Part shown: positions 8,938-19,662 of the stretch, in pieces | How the letters are laid out: each line of letters starts with the position of its first letter | Position numbering within the stretch: position 1 is the first letter of the stretch | NCBI GenBank assembly: GCA_050259135.1 | Contig: JBLNAA010000008.1 | Location: forward strand, 5,931 to 69,930 | Origin: Methylocystaceae bacterium | GTDB lineage: Bacteria; Bacillota; Syntrophomonadia; Syntrophomonadales; JBLNAA01 | Direction of reading: 5' to 3' | DNA: 64,000 bases | Position numbers and translations under genes: made by a program | Notes under the pieces: generated by a model | Told to the model about the DNA's origin: nothing | What the model saw: only the letters and a program-made list of their open reading frames with translations | The model's database searches: none

Positions 8938-10170
8938 TTATTTTAAGAAATACATAAACTTATCAACAACTTTTTCCAGGTACTTGCTGAAGTGGGTAAC
9001 CTCACGATTGTCATGAGCTACCATCTCCCGGGCCTGGTTACCAAACAGCAATGCCCCGATCAAGGATGAATACTCAGGATTTTTAAGGTGGTCAAAATCA
9101 CCCCAGATATTCTCTGGATAGCCAATACGGGTATTCATCATTAGATATTCTTCACCGACCTGTAGGATTCCTTTTAATTTTGCACTGCCGCCAGTAAAAA
9201 CAGCCCCCCCGGGCAAACGTCCGGTAAGTCCTGCTTTATCCAGCTCATCAGCGATAAATTGCATTAATTCCTGGACGCGGGGTTCGATTATTGACGCCAA
9301 AGTTTTTTCAGATATAACCCGACTTTCTTTTCCATAAATACTGGTGACATTAAATAATACTTCTTCATCAGCCAAAACGGTAGAACAACAGCCATAATTT
9401 TCTTTAAGTGATCGGGCTTCGGAAGCCATAGTACGCAGTCCGATGGCCAGATCATTAGTAATATGTTCGCCGCCCAGCGGGAGTACCGCTGACAGTAAAG
9501 GGGCTCCCCTGGTGTAAACAGCCAGATCAGTCGTACCTCCTCCAATATCAATGAGCACTACTCCCATATCCTTTTCCGAGGCGGCTAAAACAGCTTCTGC
9601 CGATAAAAAAGATGATATCGCCAAATCCCTGACTTTTACCCCAGCCCGCCCCAGGGTATTAACCAGATTTTGCAGAAAACTGGTGGCTACAGCAATAATC
9701 AATACTTCAGCCTCCAGGCGGTGACCGATCATGCCGGACGGTTCCCGTACGCCTTCCATACCATCAATGGTATAATGGCGCGGCACCAGGTGAACCATGG
9801 AGTGGGTAGGCGGTATATTAACCATCCTAGCTGATTTGAGAAGCCGTTCCAAATCGGGAGAAGTAATTTCACCGCTCGGATTAGAGACGGCTACCGCGGC
9901 TCGGTTAACAAATGAAAATAGGCTGGGGGCTGAAAAACAGACTCGAGTTTCATTAATCGGAACTCCAGTCAAATGCTCCAATTCGTTCAATACTGAATCA
10001 ATAGCTTCCGCGGTTGCCGGAGCATCAATCACCGTCCCCCGGCGAATTCCTGTCGATGGTGCCGAACTGATGCCCAGGACATTAATGCGTTCCCCCGGTA
10101 GTACTTCACCAGCGGCAGCCTTAATCCGTGAACTGCCTACATCAACCGCACAAATAAAATTTCTCGCCAT
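8938..10170 (-). CDS. ftsA: Cell division protein FtsA
   Basis: Actin-like ATPase ([20 protein letters not shown]). Start refined to the ATG at 10170, preceded by GGAGGAAACT. The track ORF extends upstream to 10245. Confidence 0.95.
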   Translation of the reverse strand: MARNFICAVDVGSSRIKAAAGEVLPGERINVLGISSAPSTGIRRGTVIDAPATAEAIDSVLNELEHLTGVPINETRVCFSAPSLFSFVNRAAVAVSNPSGEITSPDLERLLKSARMVNIPPTHSMVHLVPRHYTIDGMEGVREPSGMIGHRLEAEVLIIAVATSFLQNLVNTLGRAGVKVRDLAISSFLSAEAVLAASEKDMGVVLIDIGGGTTDLAVYTRGAPLLSAVLPLGGEHITNDLAIGLRTMASEARSLKENYGCCSTVLADEEVLFNVTSIYGKESRVISEKTLASIIEPRVQELMQFIADELDKAGLTGRLPGGAVFTGGSAKLKGILQVGEEYLMMNTRIGYPENIWGDFDHLKNPEYSSLIGALLFGNQAREMVAHDNREVTHFSKYLEKVVDKFMYFLK

Positions 10171-10245
10171 AGTTTCCTCCCTTAAAAAAGGAATACTGCT
10201 TAGTTTGACCAACCAGCAGCATTTTCCTTTATTTGGAAGAAACAA

Positions 10246-10590
10246 TTATTGCCATTTTTTTAGCAAATATCGACGGATTATAGCCAAGTTTTCAAAGATC
10301 CTGACCCCAAAAGCAACCACTGCTGCCATATATAAGTCTACCGCCAGCCGATCACCCAAATAGGCAAGTCCGGCAGCCAACAAAGCGTTAGTAAAAAAAC
10401 CGGTCAGAAATACGTTATTGTCGAAAACATCATCCATATACGACCTGATTCCGCCAAAGACTGAATCCATGGCAGCTAAGATGGCTACAGAAACATATTT
10501 GGTGAAAACCACCGGTATGGCAATTGGCAGTTGAAAGCCAATAAAGACACCAAACACCAAACAAAAGACAGCTAATACCCACATATGCAT
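10246..10590 (-). CDS. sbp: Small basic protein Sbp (DUF1290)
   Basis: Collinear similarity to B. subtilis Sbp (…AILAAMDSVFGGIR…GVRIFENLAIIRRYLLKKW). Start taken as the ATG at 10590 after GAGGGG. Confidence 0.8.
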   Translation of the reverse strand: MHMWVLAVFCLVFGVFIGFQLPIAIPVVFTKYVSVAILAAMDSVFGGIRSYMDDVFDNNVFLTGFFTNALLAAGLAYLGDRLAVDLYMAAVVAFGVRIFENLAIIRRYLLKKWQ

Positions 10591-10591
10591 C

Positions 10592-11290
10592 TCACCCCTC
10601 GGTAACTTTGGTCGGTTTGGCATACTCGTACTTTATGCTTCCCCGGTAAGCGGGAATCTTGACATCATTAGATTTTTCTATTTGCGCTTTTATGCCCCAA
10701 ATTTCTAAGGTCTCTAACCATCCTCCCTTGATCCGCAGCGATCTTTCCAGCGTTTCCGGATCACCTATTGCCTCAATTACAAAGGGAGGAGCAATTTTGG
10801 TTACATTGACCAGAATGGTGGTCCCTGCACATCTGATTTCCGAGGTAGCAGTTAAACGTTCACCGTTAACCGAAATAGCCTCGGCCCCGGCTGCCCGCAG
10901 CTCATTAACCATTTTGAGCAGATCCTCGTCATGGATAAGGTAAAGGTTAGGATCTTCGCCTGGCTGCAGGACATGGGTACTGTCATTTAAGGTAAGTGTA
11001 ACTCCCGGGCCATGAACCGGAAGCATGCCTGCGGCCATATTGGCCCGTTCTAATTCATCCCCTAATCCACTGCCACCGCTCTGGTTAACTTTTTCTCTTA
11101 ATTTAACTACTTCTTCGGTCAGAGCATCTCTTTCCTTGGACACTTTGTCTAATTCTACAGTCAAATCCTGAGCCCGTCTTAAAGTAACATTATTGAGATT
11201 ACTCTGGTTGCCCCGAAACTGCATGGCAATCATAATACCCAGGAGCAAACAGACTATAGCCATTGAATAAATTATTGGTTTGGGTTTCAT
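10592..11290 (-). CDS. DUF881 family division-cluster protein (YlxW/YlxX-like)
   Basis: N-terminal TM segment, coiled coil, and a C-terminal domain typical of DUF881. Sits between ftsQ and sbp as in Bacilli. Confidence 0.75.
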   Translation of the reverse strand: MKPKPIIYSMAIVCLLLGIMIAMQFRGNQSNLNNVTLRRAQDLTVELDKVSKERDALTEEVVKLREKVNQSGGSGLGDELERANMAAGMLPVHGPGVTLTLNDSTHVLQPGEDPNLYLIHDEDLLKMVNELRAAGAEAISVNGERLTATSEIRCAGTTILVNVTKIAPPFVIEAIGDPETLERSLRIKGGWLETLEIWGIKAQIEKSNDVKIPAYRGSIKYEYAKPTKVTEG

Positions 11291-11302
11291 CCTTGTTCAC
11301 CT

Positions 11303-12034
11303 CTATAAACTGCCTTTATACCTGATAACAGGATGGCCTTTAAATCTAAGATCAACATAAGCAACGGGCTGGCGGGGATTATTGAGAAGTCTTACTACTT
11401 CTGGCCAGGCCTCCAGTTTTTCCTTAAGATTACTGGCATCACCAACTCGAATTTCTGTCCCTGATAAGGTATAAATCAAGACCTCATTGGTGGCTGCATC
11501 ATAATGATATTCCGATATGGTTACATTATTGATCGGCAAAGCTTTGGCAATGCGGTAGACCGTGGGAATACCCTTTATCCGCTGCCCGAGCCTCACGGTT
11601 TTGGACTCTAAATCAGCAGTCACAACCGGAACTTGCTGTGGCGGCCAATCGGTTAATTTCTCCATAACCACACCCTGTTCATCCACCAAAAGAAATTCAT
11701 TTTCAATCGGTATTACGGCCCAGGGTACTCGCTCAACCACTTTTATCTCCAAACGGGCGGGCAGATGGCGTACCACTTCACAGGTTTTGACTCGAGGGTG
11801 CTTCATAACTTTTTGGGCACTCTGTTCTGTATCAACTTCAAAAATATTTACCCCGGTAGTCAGTCCTGACAAAGCAGTAATTCCGTCACCGGATAAGGTC
11901 TTCTGACCGCTGGTTTCAATACTGGTTATGTTAAAGATGGAACTGTGCAGAAAAAAGTATAAAGCGACTAAGGCTATAAAAAGCGCCACCGGCAAACCCA
12001 GCCGCCTCGGTTTTTTGGTCACAGCTTCACCCAT
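11303..12034 (-). CDS. ftsQ: Cell division protein FtsQ/DivIB (POTRA domain)
   Basis: Single TM segment followed by a POTRA-like domain. Position in the dcw cluster. Start taken as the ATG at 12034 after AGAGG; the track ORF extends to 12070. Confidence 0.8.
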   Translation of the reverse strand: MGEAVTKKPRRLGLPVALFIALVALYFFLHSSIFNITSIETSGQKTLSGDGITALSGLTTGVNIFEVDTEQSAQKVMKHPRVKTCEVVRHLPARLEIKVVERVPWAVIPIENEFLLVDEQGVVMEKLTDWPPQQVPVVTADLESKTVRLGQRIKGIPTVYRIAKALPINNVTISEYHYDAATNEVLIYTLSGTEIRVGDASNLKEKLEAWPEVVRLLNNPRQPVAYVDLRFKGHPVIRYKGSL

Positions 12035-12110
12035 AAAACTGCCTCTTTCTCCATGCACATACATATGCATAATAGCATTATACCGAATTTACACATTTAG
12101 TCTATAACCA

Positions 12111-12146
12111 GAAAATTTTAAGGGCGGTGACTTTTTTTCACCGCCC
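12111..12146 (-). terminator. Intrinsic terminator after murA, internal to the dcw cluster
   Basis: Minus strand reads GGGCGGTGA-AAAAAAG-TCACCGCCC followed by TTAAAATTTT. Confidence 0.7.
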
Positions 12147-12153
12147 CGGTTAA

Positions 12154-13407
12154 TCAGTTTTCAATTCTCGATATTAGCGCCCCTAATTGGCTTAGCTTCT
12201 GTTCAATTCGTTCATAACCTCGGTCTAAATGGTAAATATTTTCTACTCGGGTTTCTCCATCTGCTGCTAATCCAGCCAAAATCAATGCTGCCCCCGCCCG
12301 TAGATCACTGGCAGCTACTACCGCTCCCTGGAGGGCGGGCTTACCCCTGATAATAGCCACCCTCCCTTCTATCCGAATATCCGCTCCCATACGCCGAAGC
12401 TCGCTAACATGCATGAAGCGGTTTTCAAATATGGTTTCCACCAACAGGCTGCTGCCGGAAGCCAGAGATAAAAGTGCCATGATCTGCGGCTGCATATCGG
12501 TTGGAAAGCCCGGATAGGGCATGGTCTTAATATCTACTGCATCAGGTCTGCTGTTAGCACGCACTCGGATGGCACCGGGGTAAGGTAAAACCTCAATCCC
12601 CGCCTCGCTTAATTTGGCGCTTAATGGTTCCAGATGTTCAATGATTACATTTTCAATAAATATATCCCCGCCGGTTATAGCAGCAGCTACCATCATAGTG
12701 CCGGCTTCAATACGATCGGGAATTACTTCATGGCGGGTACCGTCAAGGTACCTGACTCCTTCTATTCGAATGGTGTCCAGTCCGGCTCCGCGTATTCTGG
12801 CTCCCATTCGGTTCAAAAAGTTCTGCAAATCCAGGATTTCCGGTTCGCGGGCAGCATTTCGTATGATCGTAGTACCTTCTGCCATGCAGGCAGCCATCAT
12901 TAAATTTTCAGTAGCACCGACACTGGGAAAGTCAAGCAATAATTCCCGCCCCTCCAGCTTTTCTGCCTGTGCCAACAGGCTCCCGTGCTTTTCATTGACC
13001 ATACACCCCAGATTCTTAAAACCCTTGATGTGCAAATCCATCGGCCGAGAGCCAATTGCACACCCCCCGGGCTGTGCTACCCTGGCCTCGCCAAATCGTG
13101 CTATCAGAGCACCCATAACCAAATTGGATGCCCGCATTTTTCGAGTTAAGTTTTCAGGAACTTCTACAGAATTGACATGTGAGGTATCAATAATTAAGGC
13201 ACTATCCTGTCTTTTTAACTTGGCTCCTAATTGCTCCAGCACTTCACCCATGACCCGGACATCCTCCAGATCGGGTATGTTCTCAATAACACACTGGGAT
13301 CGGCTCATTAAAGATGCAGCCATAAGTGGCAAAGCTGCATTTTTAGCCCCGCTTACCCTTACCCGACCGGCAAGACGGGCCCCTCCCCGAAGCAGGAATT
13401 GTTCCAA
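12154..13407 (-). CDS. murA: UDP-N-acetylglucosamine 1-carboxyvinyltransferase
   Basis: N-terminus LRGGARLAGRVRVSGAKNAALPLMAASL. Length 417 aa. TTG start. Confidence 0.95.
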   Translation of the reverse strand: MEQFLLRGGARLAGRVRVSGAKNAALPLMAASLMSRSQCVIENIPDLEDVRVMGEVLEQLGAKLKRQDSALIIDTSHVNSVEVPENLTRKMRASNLVMGALIARFGEARVAQPGGCAIGSRPMDLHIKGFKNLGCMVNEKHGSLLAQAEKLEGRELLLDFPSVGATENLMMAACMAEGTTIIRNAAREPEILDLQNFLNRMGARIRGAGLDTIRIEGVRYLDGTRHEVIPDRIEAGTMMVAAAITGGDIFIENVIIEHLEPLSAKLSEAGIEVLPYPGAIRVRANSRPDAVDIKTMPYPGFPTDMQPQIMALLSLASGSSLLVETIFENRFMHVSELRRMGADIRIEGRVAIIRGKPALQGAVVAASDLRAGAALILAGLAADGETRVENIYHLDRGYERIEQKLSQLGALISRIEN

Positions 13408-13426
13408 ATTGGCACCCCCACAAAAA

Positions 13427-14827
13427 CTAGACCTGGTTCAAATCAGTTCTCTTTAACTGGTTACACAAATCAACGCCGATTTCCCACACATTTCCGGCGC
13501 CCATTGTTACCACCAGATCATTAACCTGTATCTGACCCAGGAGAAACGGAACAAGGCTTTTTTTATCCGGAATATACACCGTATTAACTCCGGCTGCTCC
13601 GGCGCTGCGGCTGATTATTTCACCGCTGATACCGTCAATCGGTTTTTCGCCGGCTGCATAAATATCAGTTACCACCAGGAGGTCAGCCTCTCTAAATGCC
13701 GGGCCAAATCTCTCTCCCAGGCTTTGTGTTCGGGTATAGCGGTGCGGTTGAAAAACTACAATTAACCTCCCCTGATGAAATTGCCGTATGGCCATTAAAG
13801 TGGCTTCAGCTTCTGTCGGGTGGTGAGCATAGTCATCAATGACCATTACCCCTCTATATTGTCCGGTAACCTCCATTCTTCTTCTGGCGCCTTTAAATCT
13901 CCTCAAGGCTTCGGCTATCTGTTCCCAGGCAAGACCTAATTGATGACCTACCGCTATAACCGCCAAAGCATTAAGTACATTATGGATACCTGGCAGGATT
14001 AATTGGAGGTGGCCCAGCCAATCCCCTCGAAAATATACCTCACAGGTCGTTATTGGCCCATTGGTTAACAATTTCTCATAATAATAATCGGCTTCCTCAG
14101 GGGACGCTCCATAATATAAGACCTGCACACTTTCATTAGTCTTTATTTGGCTCAGGTAAGGATCTCCTGCCCACAGCACAGCTAACCCACCTGGCTTGAT
14201 ACCATCGATAAAGGTTTGAAAAGCGGTCTCCAGCGCATGTCGATTACCGTAATGGTCAAGATGATCTTCCTCAACATTGGTAACCACCGCAATCTCTGGA
14301 TTTAACGCTAAAAAAGAGCCATCACTTTCATCTGCTTCGCAGACAAAAAAGCTGCCCTGCCCAAAGCCGGAATTAGTATGGGTACCTTTCAGCTCCCCGC
14401 CAATAGCAAAACTGGGGTCAAGGCCAGACTCAGACAGCAATACCGCAAGCATCGAACTGGTGGTAGTCTTCCCGTGAGCTCCCGCTACTGCAATACCACG
14501 GGCGCGGTTATGCATGCGCGCCAGCATCTCCCCCCTTTTGATAACATCGATTTTCATTTCTTTAGCTCTTTGTACCTCAGGATTGTTGCCTTTGATAGCT
14601 GAAGATATCACTATTAGGTCCATTTCACTGTCAATATGGTCAGCATTATGGCCTTCCCACAACTGGATACCAAGAGATGACAGGCTCTCAGCACTTCCGT
14701 TTAGATGCAAATCCGAACCAGATATCCGATGCCCCTGATTCCGTAATATTTTAGCGATGCCACTCATCCCTGAGCCACATATACCTACCATATGAATCCA
14801 TTGCTCTGATGTGACCAAATCCTTCAT
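13427..14827 (-). CDS. murC: UDP-N-acetylmuramate--L-alanine ligase
   Basis: GICGSGMSGIA and GAHGKTTTSSM motifs. Mur ligase architecture. Confidence 0.95.
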   Translation of the reverse strand: MKDLVTSEQWIHMVGICGSGMSGIAKILRNQGHRISGSDLHLNGSAESLSSLGIQLWEGHNADHIDSEMDLIVISSAIKGNNPEVQRAKEMKIDVIKRGEMLARMHNRARGIAVAGAHGKTTTSSMLAVLLSESGLDPSFAIGGELKGTHTNSGFGQGSFFVCEADESDGSFLALNPEIAVVTNVEEDHLDHYGNRHALETAFQTFIDGIKPGGLAVLWAGDPYLSQIKTNESVQVLYYGASPEEADYYYEKLLTNGPITTCEVYFRGDWLGHLQLILPGIHNVLNALAVIAVGHQLGLAWEQIAEALRRFKGARRRMEVTGQYRGVMVIDDYAHHPTEAEATLMAIRQFHQGRLIVVFQPHRYTRTQSLGERFGPAFREADLLVVTDIYAAGEKPIDGISGEIISRSAGAAGVNTVYIPDKKSLVPFLLGQIQVNDLVVTMGAGNVWEIGVDLCNQLKRTDLNQV

Positions 14828-15047
14828 CTCCTATATCAAGGCCTTCCTGTGGTTTGGCTTAAATTGTTTTATTACTGCAATGATGTTTGGCTGCCAGTAA
14901 AAGATACCGCCAATAAATACTATGCCATGGTAATAAAAGTGGTTACACTGCTGATTGGCGCATATTATAGGCCTTCGTTACCTCCGGGTAGCTTGTCCCT
15001 GTATACAAATCATTCCAACAACCACTTGAGTTTAATCATAAATCTGA

Positions 15048-16133
15048 TTAATGTTGGCTCAATTCTCTAACCAGTTTCACCATAATATCACGAGCCTCGG
15101 GTGCTGATTGCCCCTGCATAGCATTTGACATCATCGGTAAATGAGCTTGTATCGATTCGACCTCCGCCATCAACCGATGACCGTCTAATTCGCTGTTCAT
15201 TATAACCCGAGCCCCGCCAGCAGCTTCCAGGGAGCGGGCATTCTTTTCCTGATGATTCTCAGCGGCCAGCGGAAAAGGAATCAAGATAGCCGGCAGTCCC
15301 ATAATAGTTAGCTCAGCCAGGGTTGAAGCTCCGGCCCGGCAGACCGCCAAATCGCTGACCGTCATGGCCTGTTCAATATTATCCAGGTAGGGATGCATCT
15401 CTACTGTGGACTTAGTACCCGGTTTCTGCTTTAGTTTGTCCTGCCAATGGTGATAGCTTTGGCGGCCGGTCACCCAGATAATTCTCCACTCATTGGGTAC
15501 CCAAGTGGTCATTTCCCATATCGCTTGATTAATAACCTGAGCACCCTGAGAACCTCCAAAAGCCAGCAGAGTTAATTCATTCTTTTTCTCCGATTTGTGA
15601 AAAGCGGACTTGTTTTTAGCTGCCTGTAAAACTGCCTCCCGTACGGGTAATCCGGTTACTACCACCCGTTTAGCTTTTAAACGATCTCTAGCCTCGGTAA
15701 AAGTTATCATCACCAAATCAACCCGCGAAGCCAGAATCCGATTGGCAATGCCCGGGTAAGCGTTTTGCTCATGAATAGCGGTTGGTACCCCCTGGCGGGC
15801 AGCAGCATAAACCACCGGGAAAGAGGCATATCCTCCCGTACCTACCACTACATCAGGCTGAAACTCTCGTACCAGACGCCGGGCATCACGAAGCGCACCG
15901 GGAACTCTTAACAAAGAGGCCAGGGCTTTTCGAGGGGAACTGCGATCAATGCCTGATATAGACAGAGTTTTAAGTTCGTAACCAGCAGTCGGTACAATCT
16001 TTTCTTCCATACCGCCCTGGGCACCAACAAATCTGATCTGGCAGTTGGGAAGCTCCTGCTTTATTCCCTCAGCCAGAGCCAAAGCGGGATAGATATGGCC
16101 TCCGGTACCACCGCCGGACAACAACAGTTTCAT
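15048..16133 (-). CDS. murG: Undecaprenyldiphospho-muramoylpentapeptide beta-N-acetylglucosaminyltransferase
   Basis: N-terminus SGGGTGGHIYPALA. Length 361 aa. Confidence 0.95.
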   Translation of the reverse strand: MKLLLSGGGTGGHIYPALALAEGIKQELPNCQIRFVGAQGGMEEKIVPTAGYELKTLSISGIDRSSPRKALASLLRVPGALRDARRLVREFQPDVVVGTGGYASFPVVYAAARQGVPTAIHEQNAYPGIANRILASRVDLVMITFTEARDRLKAKRVVVTGLPVREAVLQAAKNKSAFHKSEKKNELTLLAFGGSQGAQVINQAIWEMTTWVPNEWRIIWVTGRQSYHHWQDKLKQKPGTKSTVEMHPYLDNIEQAMTVSDLAVCRAGASTLAELTIMGLPAILIPFPLAAENHQEKNARSLEAAGGARVIMNSELDGHRLMAEVESIQAHLPMMSNAMQGQSAPEARDIMVKLVRELSQH

Positions 16134-16156
16134 GATTAGTTCACCTGCTCAATTCC

Positions 16157-17269
16157 TCATTTTAGTGAGGCATACCGCGAGATATTCAATAGGATTCCTA
16201 CCGAGATCATATTAAGTAAAAGCGAAGAACCGCCATAACTTATAAAAGGCAATGGTACACCGGTTACCGGAAGACTCCCGGAAACCACACCCATGTTCAG
16301 CAACGCTTGAAATAAGATCATCGTGGTTAACCCGGTAGCTAACAAGCTGGTAAAGGTATCCGGCGCTTTTAAGGCAATCCGAAATCCCCGCCAGGCAAAC
16401 ATAAAAAACAGGGTCAGGAGTAATGCCACTCCGACAAAGCCCAGTTCTTCACCGAGGATCGCAAAGATAAAATCGGTATACTGTTCCGGAAGCCAAAAAA
16501 ACTTTTGCCGGCTGCGTCCCAGGCCGACTCCAAACAAGCCACCGGAACCTAGAGCATAAAGGGATTGAATGATCTGAAACCCAGTAGTATCCGCATATTT
16601 CATCGGATCCCAAAAAGCCATAATGCGTTTAAAACGGAAAGGCTCAAGTACAATCGCCGCCACCAGGGCACTGACAGCAGCAGTTCCAGATAAAATCAAA
16701 TGCTTCATTTGCCCGCCAGCAGCAAACAGCAGCATGCCTACCGTAACGGCTATTACCATAGTAGTGCCCAGGTCTCGTCCCAGCATTACCAACCCACATA
16801 ATCCACCCGCGATCAGCAGTGGTGGAATAAACCCGGACCACCATTCTTGAATCTCATTGATATGGTCAGCCAAATAACGAGCCAGAAATATCACCAAACA
16901 CAGCTTGCTTAGTTCCGACGGCATAAAATTTATGAAACCACCCAGGCTTATCTGCCGGGTAGCCCCTTTAGCATCAATGCCCAGTCCGGGAACAAAAACG
17001 ATTAACAAGAAAAAGACCGATATTCCTAAAATGGCTGGTGCCCAACGGCGAATCAATGCCAAATCAATTTTCATAGTTATTAACATTATCACAAATCCAG
17101 CCAGAGCCCAAATAAACTGCCGTTTAATAAAATGGTAAGCCCCGTCATCAAACTTCTGGCTGGCTGTGACTGCACTGGAGCTGAATATCATTACCAAACC
17201 AATACAGATTAAGGCCATAACTACAAACATAAGCGCTGCATCTGGTGGCCCTTTGGCACGCGAATTCAA
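16157..17269 (-). CDS. ftsW: SEDS family peptidoglycan polymerase FtsW/SpoVE
   Basis: Polytopic SEDS protein ending GGSSLLLNMISVGILLNISR. Start refined to the TTG at 17269 after GGGAGGG. The track ORF runs into murD. Confidence 0.9.
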   Translation of the reverse strand: MNSRAKGPPDAALMFVVMALICIGLVMIFSSSAVTASQKFDDGAYHFIKRQFIWALAGFVIMLITMKIDLALIRRWAPAILGISVFFLLIVFVPGLGIDAKGATRQISLGGFINFMPSELSKLCLVIFLARYLADHINEIQEWWSGFIPPLLIAGGLCGLVMLGRDLGTTMVIAVTVGMLLFAAGGQMKHLILSGTAAVSALVAAIVLEPFRFKRIMAFWDPMKYADTTGFQIIQSLYALGSGGLFGVGLGRSRQKFFWLPEQYTDFIFAILGEELGFVGVALLLTLFFMFAWRGFRIALKAPDTFTSLLATGLTTMILFQALLNMGVVSGSLPVTGVPLPFISYGGSSLLLNMISVGILLNISRYASLK

Positions 17270-17291
17270 CTCAGATTCACCCTCCCTTGGC

Positions 17292-18641
17292 CTAATCCGG
17301 GATTTTCCGGACCAGGGAACAAAATAGGTCTCCGCGTTGTTCATAGTTCTCAAACATATCCCAGCTCGCACAGGCCGGCGATAATAGTACCACATCACCA
17401 GCCCGGCTGGCCTGGCTGGCTGCTTTCACTGCCTCCTCCAGGGTCTCGGTTTCAATAATGGCGTTATAACCACAACTATGCATCTTTTCCTTGATTATAT
17501 TCCTGGCTTCACCGAGTAAGACCAGCGCCCGTACCCGTTCTTTGATCAGCTCAGCCAGAGCGGTTAAATCACCGCCCTTATGCCGGCCACCCGCGATCAG
17601 GATTATGGGTTGGTCAAATGATTGAATGGCCTTGATGGTTGAATCCGGGTTAGTTCCCTTGGAATCGTTTATATATAAGACACCGGTCTTTACTGCCACT
17701 TCTTCTAAACGATGACGCACCCCGGCAAAACTGCTAAGAGCACTGCGCAGTACATCAACCTCAATGCCTACCGCGAGGGCCATTGCGGTGGCTACCAGCA
17801 GATTCTCCAGATTATGTTGGCCCCGTAAACGGGTGGCATCAAAGCGGATAATATCCCCTATATTCTGATACTCGGAATAGATAACGCCCTTCTTAAAGTA
17901 TACTCCACCCGGCACTCTATCCTTCCGCGAACAGAAAACCACCTGGCAGGCGGCTTTTTCTGCCAGATTACGCACCTCTTCATCATCATAATTCAATACC
18001 AAAACGTCTTCCGGCTGCATACGCGAAAAAATTCGGGCTTTAGCCTGAATATATTCAGTGATAGTATGGTGCCGGTCCAGGTGATCAGGGGTTATATTGA
18101 TGATTCCGGCAACCCGGGGTCTGAATTCGTAAGTAGTCTCCAGCTGAAAACTGGAAACCTCACAGGCTATCCAACCGGCTGACATTTCTTCCACTACTGA
18201 AGCCAGGGGAACCCCAATATTCCCGGCTGTAGCTGAAGGTAAACCCTGGGCAGCAAAGATTTCCCCTAAAAGGGCAGTAGTAGTAGTTTTGCCGTTGGTG
18301 CCGGTAACCGCAGCAATCATTACTTCCGGTGCCTTCAAACGATAGGCCAGTTCCAACTCACCCCAGACTGGCCTGCCATTAGCTAACGCCCAGGTCACAG
18401 GTTCCACAGTTAATGGCACCCCCGGACTGACCACCACCAAATCCCAATCACCCTGCGGATACCCCCCGCCGTATAGTACGGCACCATCTGCGGCCAGGGA
18501 CTTAAACCCACTTTCATTAATATCTATTGACCGGCGGTCACATACAGTAACCCGCGCTCCCCGTTTGAGCAAGGCAGCAGCGGCTGCAATTCCACTTTTG
18601 CCGATACCTACCACTAAGACTTTCTGATTGCCAAAATTCAT
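17292..18641 (-). CDS. murD: UDP-N-acetylmuramoylalanine--D-glutamate ligase
   Basis: VVGIGKSG and GTNGKTTTT motifs. Confidence 0.95.
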   Translation of the reverse strand: MNFGNQKVLVVGIGKSGIAAAAALLKRGARVTVCDRRSIDINESGFKSLAADGAVLYGGGYPQGDWDLVVVSPGVPLTVEPVTWALANGRPVWGELELAYRLKAPEVMIAAVTGTNGKTTTTALLGEIFAAQGLPSATAGNIGVPLASVVEEMSAGWIACEVSSFQLETTYEFRPRVAGIINITPDHLDRHHTITEYIQAKARIFSRMQPEDVLVLNYDDEEVRNLAEKAACQVVFCSRKDRVPGGVYFKKGVIYSEYQNIGDIIRFDATRLRGQHNLENLLVATAMALAVGIEVDVLRSALSSFAGVRHRLEEVAVKTGVLYINDSKGTNPDSTIKAIQSFDQPIILIAGGRHKGGDLTALAELIKERVRALVLLGEARNIIKEKMHSCGYNAIIETETLEEAVKAASQASRAGDVVLLSPACASWDMFENYEQRGDLFCSLVRKIPD

Positions 18642-18675
18642 TTTGCACCTCGCTGTATTTTAAAAGTATTCAAAT

Positions 18676-19662
18676 CTAACCAATATGATAAAGACTGAGT
18701 AATCCGATTAACACCATAACTGTTGAAGCCAGCCAAAATCTTCTGACCACCTGCACCTCAGAATAGCCTTTTAATTCAAAATGGTGGTGCAGCGGGGCCA
18801 TCAAAAAGACCCGTTTTCCCCTGCTTTTAAATGAAGCCACCTGAATGATATCACTAAGTACCTCAGCTACATAAACACCGCCGATGAGCAGCAGTGCCAG
18901 CTCAGTTTTGGTACTAATAGCCAGGGCTGCTACTGCACCTCCCAGTGCCATGGATCCGGTATCTCCCATAAAGACTCGGGCCGGATGCCGGTTATAAGCC
19001 AAGAAACCCAGGCAGCCCCCGACCATAGCCGCGGCCATGGGTGCCACCTCATAGCTTCTGGTCATGATGGCAACCAGCCAGTAACCTATTCCTACTGTGA
19101 CAGTTACTCCAGCGGCTAGTCCATCCAGGCCATCAGTTAAATTAACAGCATTTGAGGTTGCTACCAATACCCCCATTGCCAGCAAAAAATACAACCATAC
19201 CGGCAGTGTCAGCTGCCAGTCGGTAAAAGGTATGACAATCGAGGTCGGTTCCGGCAGACCCAACTGATAGACAATAATGTATGTAAAAAAGGCACTGGCC
19301 ACCACCTGCCAGATTAATTTAGCGCGAGCCCGGAGGCCCAGGTTGCGCTTGAGCACCACCTTAATATAGTCATCCATAAAACCAATTGCACCATAAGCTG
19401 TCATAACCAGAAGAGCATTAAGCAGTGAGGTTTTAAGCCCTCCCGCTATCAATGAAGCCAGGATAATGGCCGTAATAAAAATAATTCCTCCCATAGTTGG
19501 GGTACCGGCTTTGCTTCGATGACGCTCAGGAGCATCTTCGCGGATTGATTGTCCGGCTTTTAAACGTCGGAGCACCGGGATAAATAGCGGTCCCAAAACT
19601 ATACTAATTACGAGACCCAAGCCCAGAGCCAGCATAGAGGCTTTAACAACTGCTGCATCCAT
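18676..19662 (-). CDS. mraY: Phospho-N-acetylmuramoyl-pentapeptide transferase
   Basis: Polytopic membrane protein with NAVNLTDGLDGLA and HHHFE motifs. Confidence 0.95.
   Translation of the reverse strand: MDAAVVKASMLALGLGLVISIVLGPLFIPVLRRLKAGQSIREDAPERHRSKAGTPTMGGIIFITAIILASLIAGGLKTSLLNALLVMTAYGAIGFMDDYIKVVLKRNLGLRARAKLIWQVVASAFFTYIIVYQLGLPEPTSIVIPFTDWQLTLPVWLYFLLAMGVLVATSNAVNLTDGLDGLAAGVTVTVGIGYWLVAIMTRSYEVAPMAAAMVGGCLGFLAYNRHPARVFMGDTGSMALGGAVAALAISTKTELALLLIGGVYVAEVLSDIIQVASFKSRGKRVFLMAPLHHHFELKGYSEVQVVRRFWLASTVMVLIGLLSLYHIG

Noticed and set aside
9797-10363. 188-aa plus-strand ORF antisense to ftsA/sbp. The same applies to the 188-aa ORF at 42204..42770 antisense to secD.
   Set aside because: Both lie antisense to conserved genes and cross gene boundaries, with low-complexity translations. 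They are shadow ORFs.
12614-13456. 280-aa plus-strand ORF antisense to murA
   Set aside because: It is fully embedded antisense in a strongly recognisable murA reading frame, with Ser/Pro/Arg/Ile-rich low-complexity translation and no RBS. This is a typical shadow ORF.
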